A stretch of 64,000 nucleotides of DNA. It comes from an uncultured Ruminococcus sp. Its GTDB lineage: Bacteria > Bacillota > Clostridia > Lachnospirales > Lachnospiraceae. This document shows positions 28,549 to 37,794 of this stretch, piece by piece. Where the stretch lies: NCBI GenBank assembly GCA_904377845.1, contig CAJFGR010000002.1, positions 11,555-75,554 on the forward strand, written 5' to 3'. Position numbers and translations under genes: made by a program. How positions within the stretch are numbered: the stretch's first letter is position 1; each line of letters starts with the position of its first letter. Below the pieces are notes generated by a model, which was not told where the DNA came from, ran no database searches, and worked only from the letters and a program-made list of their open reading frames with translations.

Positions 28549-28965
28549 GTGAAACGACTGAGTGAATACTTATTTCTGGGGACGCTGGGCGGAACGCTCT
28601 ATTATTCTTTCGAGATGATCTTCCGGGGCTTCTCCCACTGGTCAATGTTCCTGCTGGGCGGCATATGTCTGGTGTTCTTTGCCCAGCAGGGGATATGGAC
28701 CGGCTGGAGGGCCCCTTTGTGGAAACAGGTGATATGGTGTACGGTTTTTGTGACCTCCTGCGAATTCATTACGGGGATATTTGTAAATAAGATTATGCAT
28801 TGGAATGTGTGGGATTATACAGATCAGCCTTTTCAGTTGATGGGGCAGATCTGTCTTCCCTTTACAATTATATTTTCCGGACTATGTGCCGTGGGAATCC
28901 TTTTAAGCGGATATCTGCTCCACTTTCTGTACGGAGAGAAGAGACCGGATTTTCATGTGTTGTGA
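28549..28965 (+). CDS. Small polytopic membrane protein, PF06541-like (the family named 'putative ABC-transporter type IV')
   Basis: It has four predicted TM segments and a WDYTDQPFQLMGQICL motif that resembles the WDYS...PFN motif of that family. The GTG start follows AGAGAGGGA. Confidence 0.6.
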   Translation: MKRLSEYLFLGTLGGTLYYSFEMIFRGFSHWSMFLLGGICLVFFAQQGIWTGWRAPLWKQVIWCTVFVTSCEFITGIFVNKIMHWNVWDYTDQPFQLMGQICLPFTIIFSGLCAVGILLSGYLLHFLYGEKRPDFHVL

Positions 28966-29023
28966 TTTCCTATGTCTGCAGGGAAATGGATATGATATAA
29001 AATTCTATTTCCATTTTCGGCAG

Positions 29024-29052
29024 TTGAAGTCAATTCTCAAAAATGCTATAAT
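29024..29052 (+). promoter_or_regulatory. Sigma-A promoter of mutS-mutL (TTGAAG, 17-nt spacer, TGcTATAAT)
   Basis: TTGAAG lies at 29024-29029 and an extended -10 at 29044-29052. Confidence 0.65.
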
Positions 29053-29122
29053 ACATCAGCAGAAAATTTGTCCGTTTACCTGTATGGAAAACAGGGTACA
29101 GATATAGTAAAGGAGTACGAAT

Positions 29123-31774
29123 GTGGCTGAATTAACACCAATGATGAAGCAGTATATGGAGACAAAATCCCAGTATCAGGACTGCATTCTGTTCTATAGA
29201 TTAGGCGATTTTTATGAGATGTTCTTTGATGACGCACTTACCGCGTCCCGGGAACTGGAGATTACCCTGACGGGAAAAAACTGCGGCCAGGAAGAGCGGG
29301 CACCCATGTGCGGTGTCCCTTATCATGCTGTGGAAAGCTATCTCAATAAACTTGTTTCCAAAGGATACAAAGTAGCGATCTGCGAGCAGGTGGAGGATCC
29401 GAAGACTGCGAAAGGAATTGTGAAGCGTGAGGTTGTCCGTATCGTTACACCGGGTACAAATCTGGACACTCAGGCGCTGGATGAGTCAAAGAACAATTAC
29501 ATCATGTGTATCGTCTATATTGCAGACCGTTACGGAGTCTCTGTGGCTGATATTACGACAGGGGATTACTTTGTGACTGAGATCGAGGACAGCGCAAAAC
29601 TGATGGATGAGATCTACCGATTCTCTCCGTCCGAGATTATCTGCAACGAGGCGTTCTATATGAGCGGGATGGATCTGGAGGGCATGAAAGACCGGTTGGG
29701 GATCACGATATACTCGCTGGATGCATGGTATTTCGATGATGCAGTCTGCAGGCAGAAACTTCTCGATCACTTCAAAGTGTCTTCGTTTGCCGGACTCGGC
29801 CTTGCAGATTATGACTGCGGAGTTATCAGTGCCGGCGCACTTCTGCAGTATCTTCTTGAGACACAGAAGAATAATCTTACCAACCTGACTCATATTACGC
29901 CATATACCTCCGGAAAGTATATGATGCTGGACAGCTCCACCCGGAGAAATCTGGAGCTGTGTGAGACATTAAGAGAAAAGCAGAAAAGAGGCTCCCTTTT
30001 GTGGGTGCTTGACAAGACGAAGACCGCTATGGGAGCGCGTACGCTGCGCAAATATGTGGAACAGCCGCTGATAGACAAAAAAGAAATCGAAAGACGTCTG
30101 GATGCGGTGCAGGAATTAAAGGAACAGGCAATTTCAAGGGAGGAGCTGAGGGAGTACCTTTCACCGGTTTATGACCTTGAACGTCTGATTACAAAGATCA
30201 CATACGGTACGGCAAACCCGCGTGACCTTACGGCTTTCCGTACTTCGCTGGAAATGCTTCCGCCTATCCGGTATATTCTGCAGGATATGCAGTGTGGTCT
30301 TCTGAAATCAATTATGGAAGATCTGGATCCTCTGGAGGATCTGTGCTCGCTGATCACAAATGCCATACGCGAAGAGCCGCCTATTGCAATGAAAGAAGGA
30401 AATATTATCCGGGACGGCTATAATGAAGAGGTGGACAAGCTGAGGCGTGCGAAGTCTGACGGAAAGGACTGGCTGGCAAAGCTTGAGAATGATGAGAGGG
30501 AAAAGACCGGAATCAAGAATTTAAGGATCAAGTATAATAAAGTATTCGGTTATTATCTGGAGGTTACCAACTCCTACAAAGATCTTGTGCCGGAATATTA
30601 CACGCGCAAGCAGACACTGGCTAATGCAGAACGTTATATTACGCCCGAATTAAAAGAACTCGAAGATATGATCCTGGGCGCGGAGGATAAGCTTTACGCC
30701 CTGGAGTATGAGATTTATACGGATGTCAGGGACACGATTGCGGCGGAGGTAGAACGGATTCAGCAGACGGCAAAAGCAGTGGCGGCTCTGGACGTATTTG
30801 CTTCCCTTGCTCTTGTGGCAGAACGGAACAATTATGTGCGGCCAAAGATAAATGAAAAGGGAGTTATAGACGTAAAAGAAGGGAGACATCCTGTAGTGGA
30901 ACGGATGATCCCGAATGATATGTTCATTGCGAATGATACATACCTGGATGATAAAAAGCATCGGATTTCTATTATTACAGGCCCGAATATGGCGGGAAAG
31001 TCAACCTATATGCGGCAGACTGCTCTGATCGCCCTCATGGCGCAGGTGGGCTCCTTTGTCCCTGCGAAGAGTGCAAATATCTGTATTTCAGACCGGATTT
31101 TTACAAGAGTAGGAGCTTCGGATGATCTCGCTTCCGGACAGAGTACTTTCATGGTTGAAATGACAGAAGTAGCAAATATTTTAAGGAACGCTACTTCAAA
31201 GAGTCTGCTGATACTGGACGAGATAGGACGCGGTACAAGTACATTCGACGGACTTTCCATCGCGTGGGCCGTAGTGGAATATATCAGCGACAGCCGTCTG
31301 CTCGGTGCCAAAACTCTTTTTGCAACACATTATCATGAACTGACCGAGCTGGAAGGCAAGATTGATAATGTAAACAATTACTGTATCGCTGTCAAGGAGA
31401 AGGGGGACGATATTGTCTTTCTGAGAAAGATTGTGAAAGGCGGCGCAGATAAGAGCTACGGTATTCAGGTGGCCAAGCTTGCAGGAGTTCCGGATCTGGT
31501 GATTAACCGGGCAAAAGAAATTATGGAGGAACTGAGCGAGGAGGATATAACCAACCGGGTAAGCGAAATTGCAGTAAAGGATAAAATATCAAAGAAAAAA
31601 CCGAAAGCGAAGAAATACGATGAAGTTGATATTGCCCAGATGTCTTTGTTCGATACTGTTAAAGATGACGATGTACTGGAGGAACTTAAGAATCTGGACG
31701 TCGGCAATATGACACCGATTGATGCGCTGAATACAATTTACCGACTGCAGAATAAGCTGAAGAACAGATGGTAG
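29123..31774 (+). CDS. mutS: DNA mismatch repair protein MutS
   Basis: The N-terminus reads TPMMKQYMETKSQY..FYRLGDFYEMFF. It has Walker A GPNMAGKST and a C-terminal beta-clamp-like tail. The start codon is GTG. Confidence 0.96.
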   Translation: MAELTPMMKQYMETKSQYQDCILFYRLGDFYEMFFDDALTASRELEITLTGKNCGQEERAPMCGVPYHAVESYLNKLVSKGYKVAICEQVEDPKTAKGIVKREVVRIVTPGTNLDTQALDESKNNYIMCIVYIADRYGVSVADITTGDYFVTEIEDSAKLMDEIYRFSPSEIICNEAFYMSGMDLEGMKDRLGITIYSLDAWYFDDAVCRQKLLDHFKVSSFAGLGLADYDCGVISAGALLQYLLETQKNNLTNLTHITPYTSGKYMMLDSSTRRNLELCETLREKQKRGSLLWVLDKTKTAMGARTLRKYVEQPLIDKKEIERRLDAVQELKEQAISREELREYLSPVYDLERLITKITYGTANPRDLTAFRTSLEMLPPIRYILQDMQCGLLKSIMEDLDPLEDLCSLITNAIREEPPIAMKEGNIIRDGYNEEVDKLRRAKSDGKDWLAKLENDEREKTGIKNLRIKYNKVFGYYLEVTNSYKDLVPEYYTRKQTLANAERYITPELKELEDMILGAEDKLYALEYEIYTDVRDTIAAEVERIQQTAKAVAALDVFASLALVAERNNYVRPKINEKGVIDVKEGRHPVVERMIPNDMFIANDTYLDDKKHRISIITGPNMAGKSTYMRQTALIALMAQVGSFVPAKSANICISDRIFTRVGASDDLASGQSTFMVEMTEVANILRNATSKSLLILDEIGRGTSTFDGLSIAWAVVEYISDSRLLGAKTLFATHYHELTELEGKIDNVNNYCIAVKEKGDDIVFLRKIVKGGADKSYGIQVAKLAGVPDLVINRAKEIMEELSEEDITNRVSEIAVKDKISKKKPKAKKYDEVDIAQMSLFDTVKDDDVLEELKNLDVGNMTPIDALNTIYRLQNKLKNRW

Positions 31775-31814
31775 ATATGGTGCAGTGAAACAAATGAGAT
31801 GAAAGGAGAACGAT

Positions 31815-33854
31815 ATGCCTCACATACAGGTACTGGATCAGGTGACAATTGATAAGATTGCCGCCGGTGAAGTAATTGAGCGTCCGGCCTCGATTGTAAA
31901 AGAGCTGGTTGAGAATGCAATTGATGCCGGTGCGACATCCGTGACGGTGGAGATCAAAGACGGCGGTATTTCGCTGATCCGTATCATGGATAACGGCTGC
32001 GGTATTGAACATGATGAAGTCCGCAGCGCATTTCTGCGGCATTCCACAAGCAAGATCCGCAGCGTAGAAGATCTTGCCCATATCAGTTCCCTTGGATTCA
32101 GAGGAGAAGCTCTTTCAAGCATCGCCGCTGTGACACAGACTGAGCTGATCACAAAGACAGCAGAGGAAGAGCTGGGAACCCGGTATGTCATTGAGGGGGG
32201 CAAAGAAATTTCTATTGAAGAAACAGGAGCTCCCAATGGTACAACATTTCTTGTACGTCAGCTTTTTTATAATGTCCCGGCAAGAAGAAAGTTTTTAAAG
32301 ACTCCAGTGACAGAGGCCGGGCACGTGCAGGATCTGCTGATCCATCTTGCTCTGTCTCATCCGGAGGTGGCGCTTGTGTTTCTGAATAACGGACAGGAAA
32401 AACTGCGCACTTCGGGGAGCGGCAGGCTAAAAGACGTAATCTACAGTGTATACGGCCGTGATGTGGCGGCAAATCTGCTTGATATTGACTATGAAAAAGG
32501 CGGATTAAGAATTACAGGATATCTGGGAAAACCAGTGATTACCAGGGGAAACCGCAATTTTGAGAATTTTTTTGTCAATGGACGGTATGTGAAAAGCCCT
32601 ATGATATCAAAATCTCTGGAAGATGCCTACCGGGATTTTACGATGCAGCATAAATTTCCGTTCGCAGTGCTTCATTTTCATGTGGATGGCGAGCAGATTG
32701 ATGTCAATGTCCATCCGACAAAGATGGAACTGCGGTTTCAGCGACAGCAGGAAGTCTATAATACAGTTTTCGAGGGGGTTCACAGAAGACTTCTGGAGCC
32801 TGAACTGATCCAGAAGGCGGAAGTGCCGGAACCGTTGGAACCTGATAAGAAAAAAGCGGCAGAGGAGCGCACAGTAAAAGATAGTCCGTTCCTTCTGAAA
32901 CCGAGGATGTCCGGAACCGTCTCGGAAGGTGCCCGTCCGTCCGTCCGGTCTGATGCATTGCATTCCATTCCTTCACGAGTACAGGAAAATCAGAATCCTT
33001 CGGCTTTATTGTCCCGGTCAGAAGAAAAAGATACAGATCCGGGCAAAAGCAAGGAAGAAGTCCATGATGAGGATTACTTCATTCGGAAGATGCGCGAGCG
33101 TGTCATGGCATACCACAACCGGGCTTCTTCAGCAGAAGTATCTGATAAAAGCGGTATCTACCGCCAGGAAGAGCAGGCGGACCGTATCAGGGAAGCAGCA
33201 GTGCATAATGCGCGGCCGGCAGAAAACAGGCAGATGGATCTGTTTGAAGAAAATTTTCTGAAACGGGATGTAAGGGCTGAATATAAGCTGATCGGCCAGG
33301 TTTTTGACACATACTGGCTTGTCCAGTATCAGGACAGCCTTTATATTATAGACCAGCACGCAGCACACGAGAGAGTGCTTTATGAGCGGACTTTAAAAGG
33401 AATGAAGACAAGAGAATTTACTTCCCAGTATTTAAGTCCGCCGATTATTCTGTCTTTGTCTATGCAGGAGGCAGAGCTGCTCAAAGAGAATATGGATCGT
33501 TTTGAACGGATAGGTTTTGAGATTGAACCGTTTGGCGGCGAAGAGTATGCGGTCAGGGCAGTGCCGGACAATCTGTTCGGGATTGCGAAGAAAGAACTGC
33601 TGATGGAGATGATCGATGATCTCGCCGATGGGATTACGACTTCTATGACGCCCGAGCTGATCGATGAGAAAGTGGCGTCCATGTCCTGCAAAGCTGCAGT
33701 CAAGGGAAATAACCGCCTTTCAGCGCAGGAAGTGGATGCTCTGATCGGGGAACTGCTCACACTTGACAATCCATATCATTGTCCTCACGGCAGACCGACA
33801 ATTATTGCAATGACAAAGAAGGAACTGGAAAAGAAATTCAAGAGGATCGTGTAG
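31815..33854 (+). CDS. mutL: DNA mismatch repair protein MutL (endonuclease type)
   Basis: It has the GHKL N-terminal motifs IAAGEVIERPASIVKELVENAIDAG and GFRGEAL. The C-terminal domain has a DQHAAHERVLYE endonuclease motif and CPHGRP. Confidence 0.95.
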   Translation: MPHIQVLDQVTIDKIAAGEVIERPASIVKELVENAIDAGATSVTVEIKDGGISLIRIMDNGCGIEHDEVRSAFLRHSTSKIRSVEDLAHISSLGFRGEALSSIAAVTQTELITKTAEEELGTRYVIEGGKEISIEETGAPNGTTFLVRQLFYNVPARRKFLKTPVTEAGHVQDLLIHLALSHPEVALVFLNNGQEKLRTSGSGRLKDVIYSVYGRDVAANLLDIDYEKGGLRITGYLGKPVITRGNRNFENFFVNGRYVKSPMISKSLEDAYRDFTMQHKFPFAVLHFHVDGEQIDVNVHPTKMELRFQRQQEVYNTVFEGVHRRLLEPELIQKAEVPEPLEPDKKKAAEERTVKDSPFLLKPRMSGTVSEGARPSVRSDALHSIPSRVQENQNPSALLSRSEEKDTDPGKSKEEVHDEDYFIRKMRERVMAYHNRASSAEVSDKSGIYRQEEQADRIREAAVHNARPAENRQMDLFEENFLKRDVRAEYKLIGQVFDTYWLVQYQDSLYIIDQHAAHERVLYERTLKGMKTREFTSQYLSPPIILSLSMQEAELLKENMDRFERIGFEIEPFGGEEYAVRAVPDNLFGIAKKELLMEMIDDLADGITTSMTPELIDEKVASMSCKAAVKGNNRLSAQEVDALIGELLTLDNPYHCPHGRPTIIAMTKKELEKKFKRIV

Positions 33855-33882
33855 CGTGCCTTGAATGAGAGGAGCTTGTATT

Positions 33883-34833
33883 ATGACAGGAAAACCGCTT
33901 ATCATACTTGCAGGACCTACGGCGGTGGGAAAGACTGCACTCTCGATCCGTCTGGCCAAAGCAGCCGGGGCGGAGATTATATCCGCGGATTCCATGCAGG
34001 TATACCGGCATATGGATATCGGATCTGCCAAGATTACGAAAGAGGAGATGGCGGGCGTGCCACATTATCTGGTGGATGTATTGGAACCGGAAGAGGAGTT
34101 TAATGTAGTGCGTTTCCAGCAGATGGCGAAAGTCGCAGCACATGAAATTTGGGAAAGAGGAAAAATCCCGCTTGTGGTCGGCGGAACAGGCTTTTATATT
34201 CAGGCGCTCCTCTATGACATTGATTTTACGGAAAATGACGGTGACGAATCATACAGAAGAGAACTTGAACAGAGGGCGGTCAGTGAACAGGGAGCTTCCG
34301 AGCTTTATGAAATGCTGAAAACAGCAGACCCCGGGTCTGCCAGGGAGATTCATCCGCATAATATCAAGCGCATAATCCGTGCACTGGAATTTTATCATCA
34401 GACCGGGGAGAAGATGTCTGAACATAATGAGAAACAACGGCAGAAAGAGTCCCCTTATAACTATGCTTATTTTGTGCTGACGGATGAACGAAGCCGTCTG
34501 TACGAGCGGATCGACCGGAGAGTGGATCTGATGATGGAACGCGGGCTCCTTGATGAGGTACGGCGCCTGAAAGAGCGCGGCGTGCGCAGAGATTCCACAT
34601 CCATGCAGGGACTTGGTTACAAGGAACTTTATGCATATCTCGACGGAGAATACCCGTTCGATGAAGCAATACGCATTATAAAGAGAGATACCAGGCACTT
34701 TGCAAAGCGCCAGATTACCTGGTTTAAGCGGGAAAAAGATGTAATATGGGCAGACCGTTCCGTGATCGGACAGGATGAGGATAAACTGGAAGCTTATATG
34801 CTCGGATGCCTCCGTGAGAAAGGGATTGTATAA
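33883..34833 (+). CDS. miaA: tRNA dimethylallyltransferase
   Basis: It has the P-loop LAGPTAVGKT and the SADSMQVYRHMDIGSAK motif. The ATG at 33883 follows GAGAGGAG. Confidence 0.93.
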   Translation: MTGKPLIILAGPTAVGKTALSIRLAKAAGAEIISADSMQVYRHMDIGSAKITKEEMAGVPHYLVDVLEPEEEFNVVRFQQMAKVAAHEIWERGKIPLVVGGTGFYIQALLYDIDFTENDGDESYRRELEQRAVSEQGASELYEMLKTADPGSAREIHPHNIKRIIRALEFYHQTGEKMSEHNEKQRQKESPYNYAYFVLTDERSRLYERIDRRVDLMMERGLLDEVRRLKERGVRRDSTSMQGLGYKELYAYLDGEYPFDEAIRIIKRDTRHFAKRQITWFKREKDVIWADRSVIGQDEDKLEAYMLGCLREKGIV

Positions 34834-34878
34834 TGTTACTTTCACACCGATTTTAAATTAGCAGTAAAAAGGAAAGAG

Positions 34879-36195
34879 ATGACTATGGAAAATACAGAAT
34901 CACGATATATGTATGAGCAGCTCGGCATTTCAGCCGAAGTGTGGGCATATGGACAGAAAATCGAAAACAGTTTAAGAGAACGTTTCCGCCAGTTCGATGA
35001 GACGGCGGAATATAATCAGCTGAAAGTAATCAAGGCAATGCAGGACAACCGGGTCAGCGAGGGGTGCTTTAATTATGTCAGCGGATACGGATACAATGAT
35101 ATGGGAAGAGATACACTGGAGGCTGTGTATGCGTCTGTATTTCATACAGAGTCAGCGCTGGTTCGCCCGCAGATCACCTGCGGAACCCACGCTCTGGCCC
35201 TGGCCCTGGCGGCAAACCTGCGGCCGGGAGACGAACTTCTCTCTCCTGTGGGAAAGCCCTATGATACACTGGAAGAAGTGATCGGCATCCGTCCCTCAAA
35301 CGGGTCTCTGGCAGAGTACGGGGTGACATACCGGCAGGTGGAGCTGCTGGAGGACGGGTATTTTGATTATCCGGCAATTGAAGCGGCACTGAATGAGCGT
35401 ACAAAACTTGTGACAATTCAGCGCTCCAAAGGGTACCAGACACGGCCGAGCTATTCTGTGGATAAAATTGGTGAACTGATCGCGTTTATCAAGGCGAGAA
35501 GACCGGACGTGATCTGTATGGTCGATAACTGTTACGGTGAATTCGTGGAGCGGATTGAGCCCAGTGACGTGGGGGCAGACATGATCGTCGGTTCTCTGAT
35601 TAAAAATCCGGGAGGAGGCCTTGCACCGATTGGAGGGTACATTGCGGGAAGGGAGGATCTGATCGAGAATTGCGCTTACCGGCTGACTTCACCGGGGCTT
35701 GGTAAAGAGGTGGGCGCATCCCTCGGAGTAATGCAGTCATTCTATCAGGGCTTCTTCCTCGCGCCGACTGTAGTATGCGGCGCGCTAAAAGGCGCTGTAT
35801 TTGCGGCAAACATCTATGAAAAACTGGGATATCCGGTTATTCCGGACGGCACAGAGTCCCGTCATGATATCATACAGGCGGTGACGCTGGGAAGTGCGGA
35901 CGGTGTGATCGCATTTTGTAAAGGAATTCAGGCGGCAGCGCCTGTGGACAGTTATGTGACGCCGGAACCGTGGGCAATGCCCGGATATGACAGTGATGTG
36001 ATCATGGCGGCGGGTGCTTTTGTGCAGGGATCTTCAATCGAGCTGTCGGCGGACGGACCGATTAAACCGCCCTATGCAGTGTATTTTCAGGGGGGACTTA
36101 CATGGAACCATGCGAAGCTGGGAATCCTGAAATCATTACAGAGCCTGATTGACGGAGGAGTTGTGGATATCGAAAAAGTACGCCGGCTGATCTGA
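34879..36195 (+). CDS. PLP-dependent enzyme of the aluminium-resistance / Met_gamma_lyase (YnbB-like) family
   Basis: The N-terminal half is family-typical as I recall it: AEYNQLKVIKAMQDNRVSEGCF..GYGYNDMGRDTLEAVYASVFHTESALVRPQI. The size is 438 aa. Confidence 0.75.
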   Translation: MTMENTESRYMYEQLGISAEVWAYGQKIENSLRERFRQFDETAEYNQLKVIKAMQDNRVSEGCFNYVSGYGYNDMGRDTLEAVYASVFHTESALVRPQITCGTHALALALAANLRPGDELLSPVGKPYDTLEEVIGIRPSNGSLAEYGVTYRQVELLEDGYFDYPAIEAALNERTKLVTIQRSKGYQTRPSYSVDKIGELIAFIKARRPDVICMVDNCYGEFVERIEPSDVGADMIVGSLIKNPGGGLAPIGGYIAGREDLIENCAYRLTSPGLGKEVGASLGVMQSFYQGFFLAPTVVCGALKGAVFAANIYEKLGYPVIPDGTESRHDIIQAVTLGSADGVIAFCKGIQAAAPVDSYVTPEPWAMPGYDSDVIMAAGAFVQGSSIELSADGPIKPPYAVYFQGGLTWNHAKLGILKSLQSLIDGGVVDIEKVRRLI

Positions 36196-36242
36196 AACTG
36201 AGCAGAAAGACAGTCTGAGGATAAACGAGAAAGGAGACCGTT

Positions 36243-37475
36243 ATGAGAACCGTAGTGGTGATCGGAGGCGGAGCTTCAGGCATGATGGCTGCTGTGGCTG
36301 CGGCCTCATCCGGGGCGCAAGTTACCATACTGGAACACAAGGACAGGATCGGAAAGAAAATCCTGTCTACAGGAAACGGCAGATGCAATTTTACGAATAT
36401 TCATCAGGAACCGGTGTGTTATCATTCAGACAACCCGCTGTTCCCGTGGAGTGTTGTGGAGAAGTTTGACGCGCAGGACGTTATTGCTTTCTTCCTGAAG
36501 CTGGGAATATATTCCAAAAACCGGAACGGATACATCTATCCGAATTCTGATCAGGCATCTGCAGTACTGGATGCATTTCGAATGGAACTGGAGAGGCTGA
36601 AAGTAAATATTTGTACTGATACAGAATGCCGGGAAATCCGGCCGGGAAGAAAGGGATTCTCCGTGGCGACGAACCGGAATACATTCCGGGCTGACCGGGT
36701 GATTCTCTGTGCCGGATCCAAGGCGGCACCTGTGACAGGATCTGACGGCTCCGGCTATGATCTGGCAAAGAAACTGGGGCACAGTATACTTCCGGTGCTG
36801 CCGGCGCTTACAGCTCTTCGATGTGAAGGAAAATTTTTTAAAAGTATTGCGGGAGTGCGGGTCTACGGAACGGCGGCTGTCTGGTCAGAAGGTGAATGTA
36901 TTGCAAAAGACACAGGGGAAATTCAGATTACCGACTATGGCATATCCGGCATTCCGGTCTTTCAGGTAAGCCGGTATGCGTCAAAGCTGCTGTATGAGGG
37001 GAAAGAAGCGGAAGCGGTTCTTAATTTCATGCCTGATTTTACAAAAGAGCAGATGAAGGCGTTTCTCAGAAGCCGGGCGGAAACAAGACCGGAGAAAAGG
37101 ACGGATATGTTCCTGATCGGTCTTTTCCATAAGAAGCTGTGCGATCTGTGGTGCAGGATGTCGAAGATTCCGGGAGGTAAGCCGGCAGGAGAACTTACAG
37201 ATGAGGAGCTTGTCCGGCTTACCTCCCTGATTATGGAATTCCGTGTCCGGATCGCAGGGACAAATTCATACGATAAGGCGCAGGTATGCTGCGGCGGAGT
37301 GGATACGTCCGAAGTTTCCCCCGGGACAATGGAATCTGTCTACGTGCCGGGACTGTATTTTGCGGGAGAAATTCTGGATGTGGACGGTATGTGCGGAGGA
37401 TATAACCTGACATTTGCATGGGCAAGCGGGTATGCGGCAGGCAGGGCTGCTGCAATGAACAGGCCATATGAATAA
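36243..37475 (+). CDS. HI0933/BaiN-like FAD-dependent oxidoreductase
   Basis: It has an N-terminal VVIGGGASGMMAA dinucleotide-binding motif and GNGRCNFTN. It is about 410 aa, typical of the family. Confidence 0.8.
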   Translation: MRTVVVIGGGASGMMAAVAAASSGAQVTILEHKDRIGKKILSTGNGRCNFTNIHQEPVCYHSDNPLFPWSVVEKFDAQDVIAFFLKLGIYSKNRNGYIYPNSDQASAVLDAFRMELERLKVNICTDTECREIRPGRKGFSVATNRNTFRADRVILCAGSKAAPVTGSDGSGYDLAKKLGHSILPVLPALTALRCEGKFFKSIAGVRVYGTAAVWSEGECIAKDTGEIQITDYGISGIPVFQVSRYASKLLYEGKEAEAVLNFMPDFTKEQMKAFLRSRAETRPEKRTDMFLIGLFHKKLCDLWCRMSKIPGGKPAGELTDEELVRLTSLIMEFRVRIAGTNSYDKAQVCCGGVDTSEVSPGTMESVYVPGLYFAGEILDVDGMCGGYNLTFAWASGYAAGRAAAMNRPYE

Positions 37476-37511
37476 TTGTTTCACAATTTTACAGACAGGA
37501 GAATGGTAAAG

Positions 37512-37730
37512 ATGAAATACGGAATAGGAGATATATGCTATATAATCGAAAATGATACGGTAAAGCGGGCAAGAGTCAGCGCCAAGAAAGACGGCCAGTA
37601 TTTTGTACAGTTTGTCGGCTCCTGCGGCGCGCTGGCAGTTCCGGAAAATGAAGTCTATGCTACACCGGAAGAAGCAGAGGCCGGTATGAAAAAAGACCGT
37701 AACCTGAGCAGCCCTGTCCGCTATCTGTAA
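37512..37730 (+). CDS. Hypothetical small protein (72 aa)
   Basis: The ORF has an AGGAG SD 10 nt upstream of the ATG at 37512 and is wedged between two flavoenzyme genes. I recognise no motif. Confidence 0.45.
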   Translation: MKYGIGDICYIIENDTVKRARVSAKKDGQYFVQFVGSCGALAVPENEVYATPEEAEAGMKKDRNLSSPVRYL

Positions 37731-37794
37731 CGTCAGCGGGACAGAGGACAGGAAAAAGATCCGTGAGAATGGAAGAGAAGGCAGGAAAACAGTT

